From a virus (taxonomy: Duplodnaviria; Caudoviricetes), in IMG/VR virus record IMGVR_UViG_3300033067_000132, positions 1-33,044 of that record: 33,044 nucleotides of DNA. One strand, 5' to 3'. Positions 1 through 6,750 of the stretch are shown here, in pieces; the stretch's first letter is position 1; each line of letters begins with the position of its first letter. The notes beneath the pieces were generated by a model. The model was not told the DNA's origin. It ran no database searches and was given only the letters and a program-made list of their open reading frames with translations. Position numbers and translations under genes: made by a program.

Positions 1-541
1 CCATGTAAACAGACCCTGCATGGCCTTCATACAATCGCTCGTCATAGCCTTCTGTTGAACATTCATCCATTGCCTTAAGCATTTCTGGCGTTGCTTCTCT
101 TGGCATTAGTTTTAAGTTTTGCTCTTGCTCTGGCTGTGCCATTGGCAACCCGCCAGCCCTGTGCGCTGTATCTTCTGGCGACCACTTCTCACTTCGCCGC
201 ATACGAAACACGGCTTGTAGATTTGGGTCGTCCAACATGTCGCAGTCTTCACGCTCAGTCTCTGACTTGTAGCGCACTACACCAAACTCAGCCTCATGCA
301 CTAAGCCGCAGTCACAGCATTTCATCAGATACCCGCTAGGGTTTGGGCATACCCACTCAGACCAATCGTAGGGCTTGTCTACGTTGTGCGTAACGAACTC
401 AGGCTCCTGCTCTGGCTCTGCCAATGCTTCTTTTACCTTTTTAATGGCAAATTGGTATTCATCAGAATGGCCTAAGTAAGCGTCACCATGCTTTTCCAAC
501 GCCTCAAGCGCCAGCGTCAGTGCTTCTTTGTGTGTTGTCAT
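1..541 (-). CDS. Modular PEQEP-linker phage protein, partial (runs off left edge)
   Basis: Not in ORF track. ATG at 541 overlaps the upstream TGA (ATGA). The frame MTTHKEALTLALEALEKHG...ALAEPEQEP...CCDCGLVH...AQPEQEQNLKLMPREATPEMLKAM... stays open to position 1. Confidence 0.8.
   Translation of the reverse strand, partial: MTTHKEALTLALEALEKHGDAYLGHSDEYQFAIKKVKEALAEPEQEPEFVTHNVDKPYDWSEWVCPNPSGYLMKCCDCGLVHEAEFGVVRYKSETEREDCDMLDDPNLQAVFRMRRSEKWSPEDTAHRAGGLPMAQPEQEQNLKLMPREATPEMLKAMDECSTEGYDERLYEGHAGSVYM
121..417 (-). repeat. PEQEP-linker repeat copies at 121-136 and 400-417
   Basis: Plus strand GCTCTTGCTCTGGCTG and CAGGCTCCTGCTCTGGCT. Confidence 0.8.
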
Positions 542-789
542 AATTTGATGCACTCCATACCTTCCCACTTGCACACAGGATTTTCTTTGCACATGATGAC
601 AAATCCTTCAACTTCCCCATCGCCACCAACGCTTTGAATTTCATAACCATAGTCTCCAATCTGAATAATGACTGGAGCGTTTGGGTTAATCATGTCGTCT
701 ATGTTTCTGTCTTTCTGCGTTAGCCATACGTTTTCCGTATCAATCATGGCTTGCATAACGTCAATCATTGTTTGAGATTTAAAGTTCAT
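538..789 (-). CDS. Hypothetical protein (83 aa, MNFKSQTMID...)
   Basis: ATG at 789 is coupled to the upstream TAA (TAATG), so it is preferred over the TTG start at 891. Confidence 0.7.
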   Translation of the reverse strand: MNFKSQTMIDVMQAMIDTENVWLTQKDRNIDDMINPNAPVIIQIGDYGYEIQSVGGDGEVEGFVIMCKENPVCKWEGMECIKL

Positions 790-905
790 TACATCGGGCT
801 TTCTGGAATGTTTGAGCGTTGTTGTTGCGCGTATTCTTTGATTTGCTTGGGTGTCCAAGGAACTGCACCTGTTGCGGGTGGAAAAGGCCAATTAGTCAAT
901 GTCAT
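789..905 (-). CDS. Small hypothetical protein (38 aa, MTLTNWPFPPATGAVPW...)
   Basis: 3' part of track ORF 789..1028; fits the tightly packed operon. Confidence 0.55.
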   Translation of the reverse strand: MTLTNWPFPPATGAVPWTPKQIKEYAQQQRSNIPESPM

Positions 906-1044
906 AGCAATCATCAAATTCTTTTTCAACAGGCTCAATCCCAGTTCCGTGACATTTGCGGCAAGTTGCACCGTCATAATCGCCCTCACCGCATCCATGA
1001 CACCAAGTGCAATCTTCATAATCGTCATCTTCGTATTCGTTCAT
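892..1044 (-). CDS. Acidic 50-aa DnaJ-type zinc-finger microprotein
   Basis: Not in track. MNEYEDDDYEDCTWCHGCGEGDYDGATCRKCHGTGIEPVEKEFDDCYDID has two CxxCxGxG motifs; ATGA coupling at 1041-1044. Confidence 0.75.
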   Translation of the reverse strand: MNEYEDDDYEDCTWCHGCGEGDYDGATCRKCHGTGIEPVEKEFDDCYDID

Positions 1045-1229
1045 TTCTTCACCTCATAGTCAACAATGCGAATCAATGCTGCAATCATGTCTTTGGCTTG
1101 CTCTTTTGTCAGACTAACGTGGCATCGAGCTGCCTCAGTAACCAAGCCAATCCAAACGTCACCATCGTACAAATCCACGTTGATGTGTCGGCGCTTGTGT
1201 ATCGTTTCAATCTTTGTATCGAGTTCCAT
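1041..1229 (-). CDS. Hypothetical protein (MELDTKIETIHK...)
   Basis: Track ORF; AAAGGA SD upstream of ATG 1229. ATG 1244 is an alternative start. Confidence 0.65.
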   Translation of the reverse strand: MELDTKIETIHKRRHINVDLYDGDVWIGLVTEAARCHVSLTKEQAKDMIAALIRIVDYEVKK

Positions 1230-1240
1230 TTCATATCCTT

Positions 1241-1414
1241 TCATTTACGTTCATTTACTCGTTCTCTTACAGCTTCAACCAACCCCTTGAACAGTCCAGA
1301 TTGATCGTCTTCAAGCTCTTGCGCCCTTTGCTTGGCGTAAGGTATCCAGCCCTTCTGCAAAGCCATCTTTGTTAGATGCTCCACTTGTTGCTCGAATACT
1401 TGGTTGAAATCCAT
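1241..1414 (-). CDS. Hypothetical protein (57 aa, MDFNQVFEQQVEHLTKMALQKGW...)
   Basis: Not in track. Fills the gap between neighbours; stop abuts the next gene; overlaps the 3' end of 1311..1517. Confidence 0.6.
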   Translation of the reverse strand: MDFNQVFEQQVEHLTKMALQKGWIPYAKQRAQELEDDQSGLFKGLVEAVRERVNERK

Positions 1415-1517
1415 CTAAGTCGCCTGTAAGTTCAAGTGCTTTGTTGATTGTGTCTAGATTATAAGACAGATTATCCTTGATTCCATCAAGAATTTCGTGG
1501 GCTTCAAAATAATTCAT
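1311..1517 (-). CDS. Hypothetical protein (MNYFEAHEILD...ALELTGDL)
   Basis: ATGA coupling with the methyltransferase stop at 1514. Confidence 0.65.
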   Translation of the reverse strand: MNYFEAHEILDGIKDNLSYNLDTINKALELTGDLDGFQPSIRATSGASNKDGFAEGLDTLRQAKGARA

Positions 1518-2572
1518 AGTTTGGACAACCATTGCTCAAAAACTTGCTTGGCAATTTGTGCGGTCATCACAGGTGGAACACTCATGCCAATCATGTAATG
1601 TGGCTTTTGTCCACAGAAGTCGTAGTCCTGTGGATAACTTCCAATGCTACAAGCCTCTTGTTTGCTTGTGTATTTTGGAGCGTCAAACAAAACTAGGCTA
1701 TCTTCATGTGATGTAAGCGTGTTTGCAACCTTGTTTTTGTAAAGATAACTTTGGCTAAAGTAGGCTTGTTTTCCTGTAAGCCTTACGTTAGCTTGCAACA
1801 TATCGCCATCGCCTTCTTGCCTAGCTTCCCAAATCTTTGTCATGTTTTCACTAAGGTTGCGGCCTTCACAATCTTGAATCTCACCAAAAACAATTGGTTT
1901 CTCGTTGAAATCAAGCCTTAGTTTTGGAGCCATAGTAAACATATCGACAGATTCCAAGAATGGCTCTGCTAGGTCTTTACGCATGGCAACAAAGAAAACC
2001 CGCTCCCTGCGTTGTGGAACACCCATTTTTGAGCCATCAAGCAACCAATGTTGAACTATGTAGCCAGCATTATCAAAAGCCTCGTAAATGCGTGAAACAT
2101 AGGCTCTAGCGTCACCCAACAACAAGCCTTTGACGTTTTCAGCAATCACGACCTTGGGTTGTAGTTTTTTAGCCAATTCAATGAAATCAAAGAAAAGAGT
2201 GTCAAGCACTTGCTCGGCCTGACCTTCACGAAACTTCTTTTCCTTGCCCCAATCAGCTTCTCGGCTACCTGCCATTGAAAAACTAGAGCAAGGTGGCGAA
2301 CCATCCAAAATGTCTAAGTCGTAAAGTTCTGCCGGCAAATCATCACGCAACTTAAATTCTTGGATTGGCTCAAGGTAAGCATATTTTGGGTTGTGATTAG
2401 CCTGGTATGCCTGAATCATCTTTGGGTCAATTTCGTTACAACCAAGAACGTCAAAGCCAGCCAACTTGTAGCCCATAGTTGAGCCACCACCACAAGCAAA
2501 GCAAGAAAAGACCTTTCCTTTGTCTTTTGTAAAGTTAGCGTCTGCCAATGTCCATTTGTAATTGAAACTCAT
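1514..2572 (-). CDS. DNA (cytosine-5) methyltransferase, orphan
   Basis: C5-MTase motifs: I FACGGG, IV GSPPC, VI ENVKG, VIII PQRRERVF, X GMSVPP. ATG 2572 is coupled to the upstream TGA. Confidence 0.92.
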   Translation of the reverse strand: MSFNYKWTLADANFTKDKGKVFSCFACGGGSTMGYKLAGFDVLGCNEIDPKMIQAYQANHNPKYAYLEPIQEFKLRDDLPAELYDLDILDGSPPCSSFSMAGSREADWGKEKKFREGQAEQVLDTLFFDFIELAKKLQPKVVIAENVKGLLLGDARAYVSRIYEAFDNAGYIVQHWLLDGSKMGVPQRRERVFFVAMRKDLAEPFLESVDMFTMAPKLRLDFNEKPIVFGEIQDCEGRNLSENMTKIWEARQEGDGDMLQANVRLTGKQAYFSQSYLYKNKVANTLTSHEDSLVLFDAPKYTSKQEACSIGSYPQDYDFCGQKPHYMIGMSVPPVMTAQIAKQVFEQWLSKL

Positions 2573-2964
2573 GCTTGCACCCATTTGCGTAACTCTGCCA
2601 ATTTAGCCAATGTCTCCAATGATGGTGGCACAGCCCGTTTTCTATCTTCTTCAATCTGAAGCAATGTAGGGTCACGCTCAAATCGTTTGTTTTTCAAATT
2701 TCCTTCAGTACACAAATTACGAAATGCAATCGCAGAAGGCGGAAAATCTGCTGGAAGGTTTGCCAAGGCATAGTCCATGATTGGCTTGTTAGTCAAATAA
2801 ACGCCAACAATTTCCTCCCAAACAGCTCTGACAGTAGTTGGGTCGCTTCCATCCCAATGACGGCTAAATGCAGCCCCATAAACTGCCCCCATGTAAGCAA
2901 ATATGTAATCTAAGCCTTCAGCCTCAGTACAACTTTTATTTGAGTAAGAGTTTTGCATTTCCAT
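2569..2964 (-). CDS. Replication protein P-like / helicase-loader-like
   Basis: Directly downstream of the O-like initiator; YG..F...W and LP..FPPS...F..LC pattern. Start uncertain (2973, 2964 or 2958). Confidence 0.5.
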   Translation of the reverse strand: MEMQNSYSNKSCTEAEGLDYIFAYMGAVYGAAFSRHWDGSDPTTVRAVWEEIVGVYLTNKPIMDYALANLPADFPPSAIAFRNLCTEGNLKNKRFERDPTLLQIEEDRKRAVPPSLETLAKLAELRKWVQA

Positions 2965-3697
2965 TGCCTCCAATTAGTCCACGGGTTAAGCCAGACATTA
3001 CTGTTTGAGTTGTCTGACCAGCTTTGCTTAAAGCCCTGTTGCGTTCATCAGGTTTAATCCAAGATGCCTCAAGACCTTGCGAACCACGCAAGCACCAGAT
3101 TTCCAAAAACTCGTTTAATGGAATACCAGCTTTTTGTGATTCAGACCTAGCGCCTTTAAGCACCGTCTCTGTCACAGATGCTTTTTTTGTTTTCCTGAGT
3201 TGCAACCAATCAGACCAAACTTGCTGGTCAACATCAAAAGGACAAGCAATGGCAATTGCTTTCTCTTTCTTTGTATTCTTTGAAGGTGAAGGTGAAGGTG
3301 ATGTGCTATCTGCCGAGCATTGCTCCGAGTATGCTTCGACTATGCTTGGAGCATTTTTATTACCCCAACGAGCCTGTGCGCCCTTCAAACCACGCTCTTT
3401 GTTGGCTTGCTTGTTGTGATTAGCTTTTGCCATCTCATTCTCAACACGAGGTTGAAACCATGCTCCATCTTGTATTTCAAAGAATGGCTCAAGCATAGTC
3501 CGAGCATTAGCCCAAGCATCAGGTGAAAGTTTTGTAATCTGGGCAAGGACTGCATCATTGTCAGGCGGCGCACCGCTTTTCCAATAGTCCATCAGCAAGA
3601 GCAAATAAGCCCCGTGTTGCTCAGTAGTCAGCCGTGAAGTGGCAGACAAATAATCCGCTATGTATAGCGGCATCCAAATATCGACTTTTGTAGCCAT
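2936..3697 (-). CDS. Phage replication initiator, DUF1376/YdaU (lambda O-like)
   Basis: N-terminal WMPLYIADYL..T..LTTEQHGAYLLLLMDYW, SPSPSP linker, C-terminal W.DW...RK.KK domain; GAGG SD before ATG 3697. Confidence 0.82.
   Translation of the reverse strand: MATKVDIWMPLYIADYLSATSRLTTEQHGAYLLLLMDYWKSGAPPDNDAVLAQITKLSPDAWANARTMLEPFFEIQDGAWFQPRVENEMAKANHNKQANKERGLKGAQARWGNKNAPSIVEAYSEQCSADSTSPSPSPSKNTKKEKAIAIACPFDVDQQVWSDWLQLRKTKKASVTETVLKGARSESQKAGIPLNEFLEIWCLRGSQGLEASWIKPDERNRALSKAGQTTQTVMSGLTRGLIGGNGNAKLLLK
3282..3520. repeat. Candidate replication origin: iteron-like 11-12 bp repeats inside the initiator gene
   Basis: GAGCATTGCTCC/GAGTATGCTTC/GACTATGCTTG/GAGCATT at 3315-3356. Oppositely oriented CAAGCATAGTC/CGAGCATTAGCC/CAAGCATC at 3490-3520. 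GAAGGT x3 at 3282-3299. Confidence 0.5.
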
Positions 3698-3708
3698 AAG
3701 GCATCCTC

Positions 3709-3790
3709 GCAAACCCTCCAGAAAAAGAAACACAGGCAGGCGGGAGGTTCGCTTTTCGGTACGCTCATGACTTCGTACCTAGCCCTGTCT
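3709..3790 (-). ncRNA. Candidate structured 5' leader (three-way junction) of the initiator gene
   Basis: Stems ACAGGGC/GCCUGU, GGUACG/CGUACC and GCG/CGC. Loop AACCUCC is complementary to downstream GGAGGGUU next to the SD. Confidence 0.5.
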
Positions 3791-3796
3791 CATAAC

Positions 3797-3825
3797 ATTG
3801 TATATCAGTTAAACCACAGATACAT
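3797..3825 (-). promoter_or_regulatory. Sigma70-like promoter for the replication genes
   Basis: ATGTAT-17 nt-TACAAT; predicted start ~3790. Confidence 0.5.
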
Positions 3826-3954
3826 TCCGTGAAGTATGCCAATTGGAAAAAAGATTGCGCCAGCAACTAGGAAACCCCAGAAGCCTTGTGCAAAGCAAGT
3901 GAAGATGTGTGTAAGCCAAGCAAAGCCACACAGCAAAGCGATAAATTCACCCAT
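3805..3954 (-). CDS. Small membrane protein (49 aa)
   Basis: Not in track. MGEFIALLCGFAWLTHIFTCFAQGFWGFLVAGAIFFPIGILHGMYLWFN; TAATG coupling to the MazG-like gene. Confidence 0.72.
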   Translation of the reverse strand: MGEFIALLCGFAWLTHIFTCFAQGFWGFLVAGAIFFPIGILHGMYLWFN

Positions 3955-4259
3955 TACTTGTCCTTATAGAAAATTCCATCAGCGCCCATCGTGCCTGTTC
4001 TGTCTTTGATTTGTTCGTAGGCATGAGCAAGACAATCAGTAAAGTTCACATCCAGCAAAGCACAAATGTTTATAAGCACCACGGCGCAGTCACCAATGGC
4101 ATCTATTGACTCTTCCATGTTGCTTTCAAACAACGCATCACGCAATTCATTGACTTCTTCTTCGAGTTTGCAAAGTTGAGCCATTGGTGTGCTGTTTGGA
4201 ACAATCTTTCGCTTTTCGCTCCATTGCAGGACTTTCATTTCATATTCGGCAAAGCTCAT
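3954..4259 (-). CDS. MazG-like NTP pyrophosphohydrolase
   Basis: KLEEEVNEL...DAIGD motif (ExxE...xxD, all-alpha NTP-PPase). Confidence 0.85.
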   Translation of the reverse strand: MSFAEYEMKVLQWSEKRKIVPNSTPMAQLCKLEEEVNELRDALFESNMEESIDAIGDCAVVLINICALLDVNFTDCLAHAYEQIKDRTGTMGADGIFYKDK

Positions 4260-4426
4260 TTTTTGTCTTTCAATAGTTCAGGGAAATGCAGTTGAATCTG
4301 CCAGATGCGAGACTTTGGGATAACGCCGTTTTGCTTCCATAGCCAAACAGTCCCACGCTCAACACCTAGCAAACGCGCAAGCTCACTCTGTGAGCCTACT
4401 TTCTTGATAAGATGGTCAATGTTCAT
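4256..4426 (-). CDS. Cro/YdaS-like HTH regulator (56 aa)
   Basis: Not in track. MNIDHLIKKVGSQSELARLLGVERGTVWLWKQNGVIPKSRIWQIQ...; first gene of the leftward operon; ATGA coupling to the next gene. Confidence 0.85.
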   Translation of the reverse strand: MNIDHLIKKVGSQSELARLLGVERGTVWLWKQNGVIPKSRIWQIQLHFPELLKDKK

Positions 4427-4432
4427 GCCAGT

Positions 4433-4461
4433 AGTGTAAAGAAAAATTGACGAAAATACAA
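4433..4461 (-). promoter_or_regulatory. Leftward early promoter, predicted leaderless cro-like mRNA
   Basis: TTGTAT-17 nt-TACACT. The A of the ATG (4426) is 7 nt after the -10 and there is no SD. Confidence 0.6.
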
Positions 4462-4486
4462 CACACTAAAAATATTTTTGCGATTG

Positions 4487-4516
4487 TTGAAAATTCTGTC
4501 GATTTTTATGCACAAT
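4487..4516 (+). promoter_or_regulatory. Possible rightward early promoter
   Basis: TTGAAA-18 nt-CACAAT in the AT-rich divergent intergenic region. Confidence 0.35.
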
Positions 4517-4561
4517 ACATACATCCCGCAGCGCAACGCAAACGGTACTTTAGGAAACAAA

Positions 4562-4762
4562 ATGAAACTCAACGAAACAACCCGCACCTACCCCCGCACG
4601 ATGCAAGAAGCCTATCCCAACACGGTTGATGCTATTGAAGCTCGTAACCGTTGGGAATGGCTCGAAGGCCATCGCTCAGATGCAGCACAACAAGCCGAGT
4701 TTTGGGTTTACATCACACTGGCGTTTGCCGCTGGTTTCTTAGTCTCTCACCTATTGGGTTAA
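4562..4762 (+). CDS. Small protein with C-terminal TM helix (MKLNETTRTYPRTMQEAYP...)
   Basis: AGGA SD before ATG 4562; hydrophobic C-terminus. Confidence 0.7.
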   Translation: MKLNETTRTYPRTMQEAYPNTVDAIEARNRWEWLEGHRSDAAQQAEFWVYITLAFAAGFLVSHLLG

Positions 4763-4764
4763 TC

Positions 4765-5346
4765 ATGAAAGTCTATCAAGCAATCAACGCTGTTCAAACT
4801 GAACTGGCAGCAATCGGCATCAGCAAGTCATCACACAACTCACAAGGCGCTGGATACAACTTCCGAGGCATTGATGCCGTCTACAACGTTTTATCCTCAA
4901 TCATGGCTAAAAATGGTCTTTGCATCATTCCTCGTATGCTTTCACGCTCATGCGAGGAACGCACAAGCAAATCTGGTAGCGCTTTGTTTTATGTGACTGT
5001 TGAGGCTGAGTTTGATTTGGTCAGCGCAGAAGACGGAACAAGGCACACGGCTCGGACATTTGGCGAGGCGATGGATTCAGGCGACAAAGCGACAAACAAG
5101 GCAATGTCAGCAGCTTATAAATATATGGCGTTCCAAACCTTTGCAATTCCAACTGAAGGCGACAACGATGCTGATGCTCATTCCCATGATGTAGCAGTAA
5201 AGAAGCCAAAGCTAGACGCAAAACGTCTGCAAGGCGCTATTGAGAAAATCCTGTCAGGTCAATACACAACAGTAAAACTGCTTGATACGTTTGACCTTAC
5301 TCAAGAGCAAATTGACACAGTAGATAAGGCGATTGCAAATGCTTAA
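4765..5346 (+). CDS. erf: ERF-family single-strand annealing recombinase
   Basis: GYNFRGIDAVYN and GEAMDSGDKATNKAMSAAYKY...F.IPTEGD motifs; ATG at 4765. Confidence 0.85.
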   Translation: MKVYQAINAVQTELAAIGISKSSHNSQGAGYNFRGIDAVYNVLSSIMAKNGLCIIPRMLSRSCEERTSKSGSALFYVTVEAEFDLVSAEDGTRHTARTFGEAMDSGDKATNKAMSAAYKYMAFQTFAIPTEGDNDADAHSHDVAVKKPKLDAKRLQGAIEKILSGQYTTVKLLDTFDLTQEQIDTVDKAIANA

Positions 5347-5965
5347 GATTCGCGCAAGCTCACTATCCGAGATAATGACCGACCCAAAAGGCAAGGATGA
5401 AACCTTGTCCGTAGGAGCCAAGACAGCTATTACTAAGCAAGCCAAAGAGTTTGTTTACGGCTATGACGAACACTTCTCTAGCAAGTACACGGAAAAAGGC
5501 ATCCTTGTTGAAGATCGTTCTATTGAGTTGCTCAACTCTGTGTTGTTTACGGACTTCAAAAAGAACACAGAGCGCAAAACAAATGAATGGCTAACTGGCG
5601 AGGCAGATATTGTTGCTGACCGCATCATTGACATTAAGTCGCCTTGGTCGCTGTCTACGTTCCCATGCCTGGCATCAGAAGGCGAAAACAAGACATACGA
5701 ATGGCAACTTCGTGGCTACATGATGCTTTGGGACTTGGATGAAGCACAGATTGCATATTGCCTTGTAAACACGCCTGACCACTTGGTTGGGTTTGAAAGC
5801 AAGGCTTTGCATCAAGTTGAGCATATTGCGCCCGAGCTTCGGGTTACGTTGCTTAACTACAAACGCGACAAAGCACTTGAAGACAAAATAAAATTCAAGG
5901 TTGACGAAGCGCGTAAGTTTTACGATTTGGTCGTAAAGCAAATTTCAGATGAACACTCTAAGTAA
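5339..5965 (+). CDS. YqaJ/lambda-exonuclease-like PD-(D/E)xK nuclease
   Basis: IRASSL, KG...E, GEAD, IIDIKS and YEWQLRGYMML motifs; adjacent to ERF. Confidence 0.82.
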   Translation: MLKIRASSLSEIMTDPKGKDETLSVGAKTAITKQAKEFVYGYDEHFSSKYTEKGILVEDRSIELLNSVLFTDFKKNTERKTNEWLTGEADIVADRIIDIKSPWSLSTFPCLASEGENKTYEWQLRGYMMLWDLDEAQIAYCLVNTPDHLVGFESKALHQVEHIAPELRVTLLNYKRDKALEDKIKFKVDEARKFYDLVVKQISDEHSK

Positions 5966-5974
5966 GGAAAGAAA

Positions 5975-6229
5975 ATGGCAATAGTTTATGAAGTGACGGT
6001 CAAGGCTGGAACATACCAAAAAGACGGTCAAGAGAAGGTGCGTTACCAGCGTATTGGTAGCGTGATTGAGACTAAGAAAGGACAGATGCTCAAGATTGAT
6101 AGCGTTCCTTTAGTTGAAGGCGGATGGTCAGGGTGGGCGTATCTCTTTGAACCGAAAGAAGGCGACCAGAAATTTGCACCAAAGAAGCAAGCTGACGATG
6201 GCTTCCAAGACGACGACATTCAATTTTGA
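5975..6229 (+). CDS. Small SSB-like protein
   Basis: Beta-rich N-terminus and acidic tail ending DDDIQF; located in the recombination module; AAGGA SD. Confidence 0.6.
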   Translation: MAIVYEVTVKAGTYQKDGQEKVRYQRIGSVIETKKGQMLKIDSVPLVEGGWSGWAYLFEPKEGDQKFAPKKQADDGFQDDDIQF

Positions 6230-6232
6230 TTT

Positions 6233-6322
6233 TGGGGCGAAAGCGGATGCTGTGCCTTATCGCGAAATATGGCGGTGACCAGCAGCGTAAAGCTGACAAG
6301 TACAGTGCAGCGAGTAGCCCCA
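6233..6322 (+). ncRNA. Candidate structured RNA with bulged-G (GAA/AGUA) motif and two apical hairpins
   Basis: Stems UGGGGC/GCCCCA, GCUGUGC/GUACAGU, UUAUCGC/GCGGUGA and CAGC/GCUG. Several G-U pairs are specific to the plus strand. Confidence 0.6.
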
Positions 6323-6343
6323 CCCACTTGCAAAGGTAACGAT

Positions 6344-6646
6344 ATGTTTAAATTTTTCAGAGCAAGAGCAACAGACGCAATCACCAGCTTTCAAGCGGCT
6401 GATTCCATTCAAGACGTAGCCAAGATGCACCAAGAAGTCATTGTGGCTGCGTTACAAAGATTTGGCCCAATGGGTAAAGATGGCATTGCCACACAAACAG
6501 GGCTTCAAAGCAATCAAGTAGCAAGACGCATGAATGAACTTCAAAAGCTAGATTTGATTGAGCTTACAGGTAAGACAGTTGAATCTTTAAGCGGCAGGCA
6601 GGAACGTGAGTGGCGCATCAAGCCAATGCAACAGGAGCTGTTATGA
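6344..6646 (+). CDS. Winged-HTH DNA-binding protein
   Basis: RARATDAITSFQAA N-terminus then IATQTGLQSNQVARRMNEL...LIE (wHTH pattern); AAAGG SD before ATG 6344. Confidence 0.7.
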   Translation: MFKFFRARATDAITSFQAADSIQDVAKMHQEVIVAALQRFGPMGKDGIATQTGLQSNQVARRMNELQKLDLIELTGKTVESLSGRQEREWRIKPMQQELL

Positions 6647-6711
6647 CAGATATTGAAGCAATTTGCATGACAGTGTGTTTTATTGCTTATTTGTATTTTT
6701 TAACAAAATGA
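6643..6711 (+). CDS. Hydrophobic micropeptide (22 aa)
   Basis: AGGAG SD, ATGA coupling at both ends; MTDIEAICMTVCFIAYLYFLTK. Confidence 0.45.
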   Translation: MTDIEAICMTVCFIAYLYFLTK

Positions 6712-6750
6712 CGCTTGTTTTAATTGGAATTTTTATTGATTGGATTCTTG

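Noticed and set aside
121-417. PEQEP repeats as a CRISPR array or integron attC sites
   Set aside because: They are short, non-palindromic, irregularly spaced and in frame within coding sequence; no cas or integrase gene is present.
906-1028. 5' part of track ORF 789..1028
   Set aside because: Better explained by the coupled zinc-finger ORF 892..1044 in another frame.
1514-2572. Restriction-modification system
   Set aside because: No adjacent endonuclease; the nucleases present fit recombination and nin functions.
3282-3299. GAAGGT x3 as a phase-variable microsatellite
   Set aside because: It is an in-frame hexamer encoding the SPSPSP linker common in O-like initiators; slippage would not change frame.
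3732-3788. Hammerhead ribozyme (three-way junction with GAAA)
   Set aside because: The CUGANGA core is missing; kept only as an unnamed structured leader.
6233-6322. tRNA gene or intrinsic terminator
   Set aside because: No T-loop (GTTCRA), D-loop or CCA pattern and no U-tract. The same applies to 30066-30155.
6269-6343. N-terminal extension of the wHTH gene from ATG 6269
   Set aside because: It lies within the structured element without an SD; ATG 6344 has an AAAGG SD.
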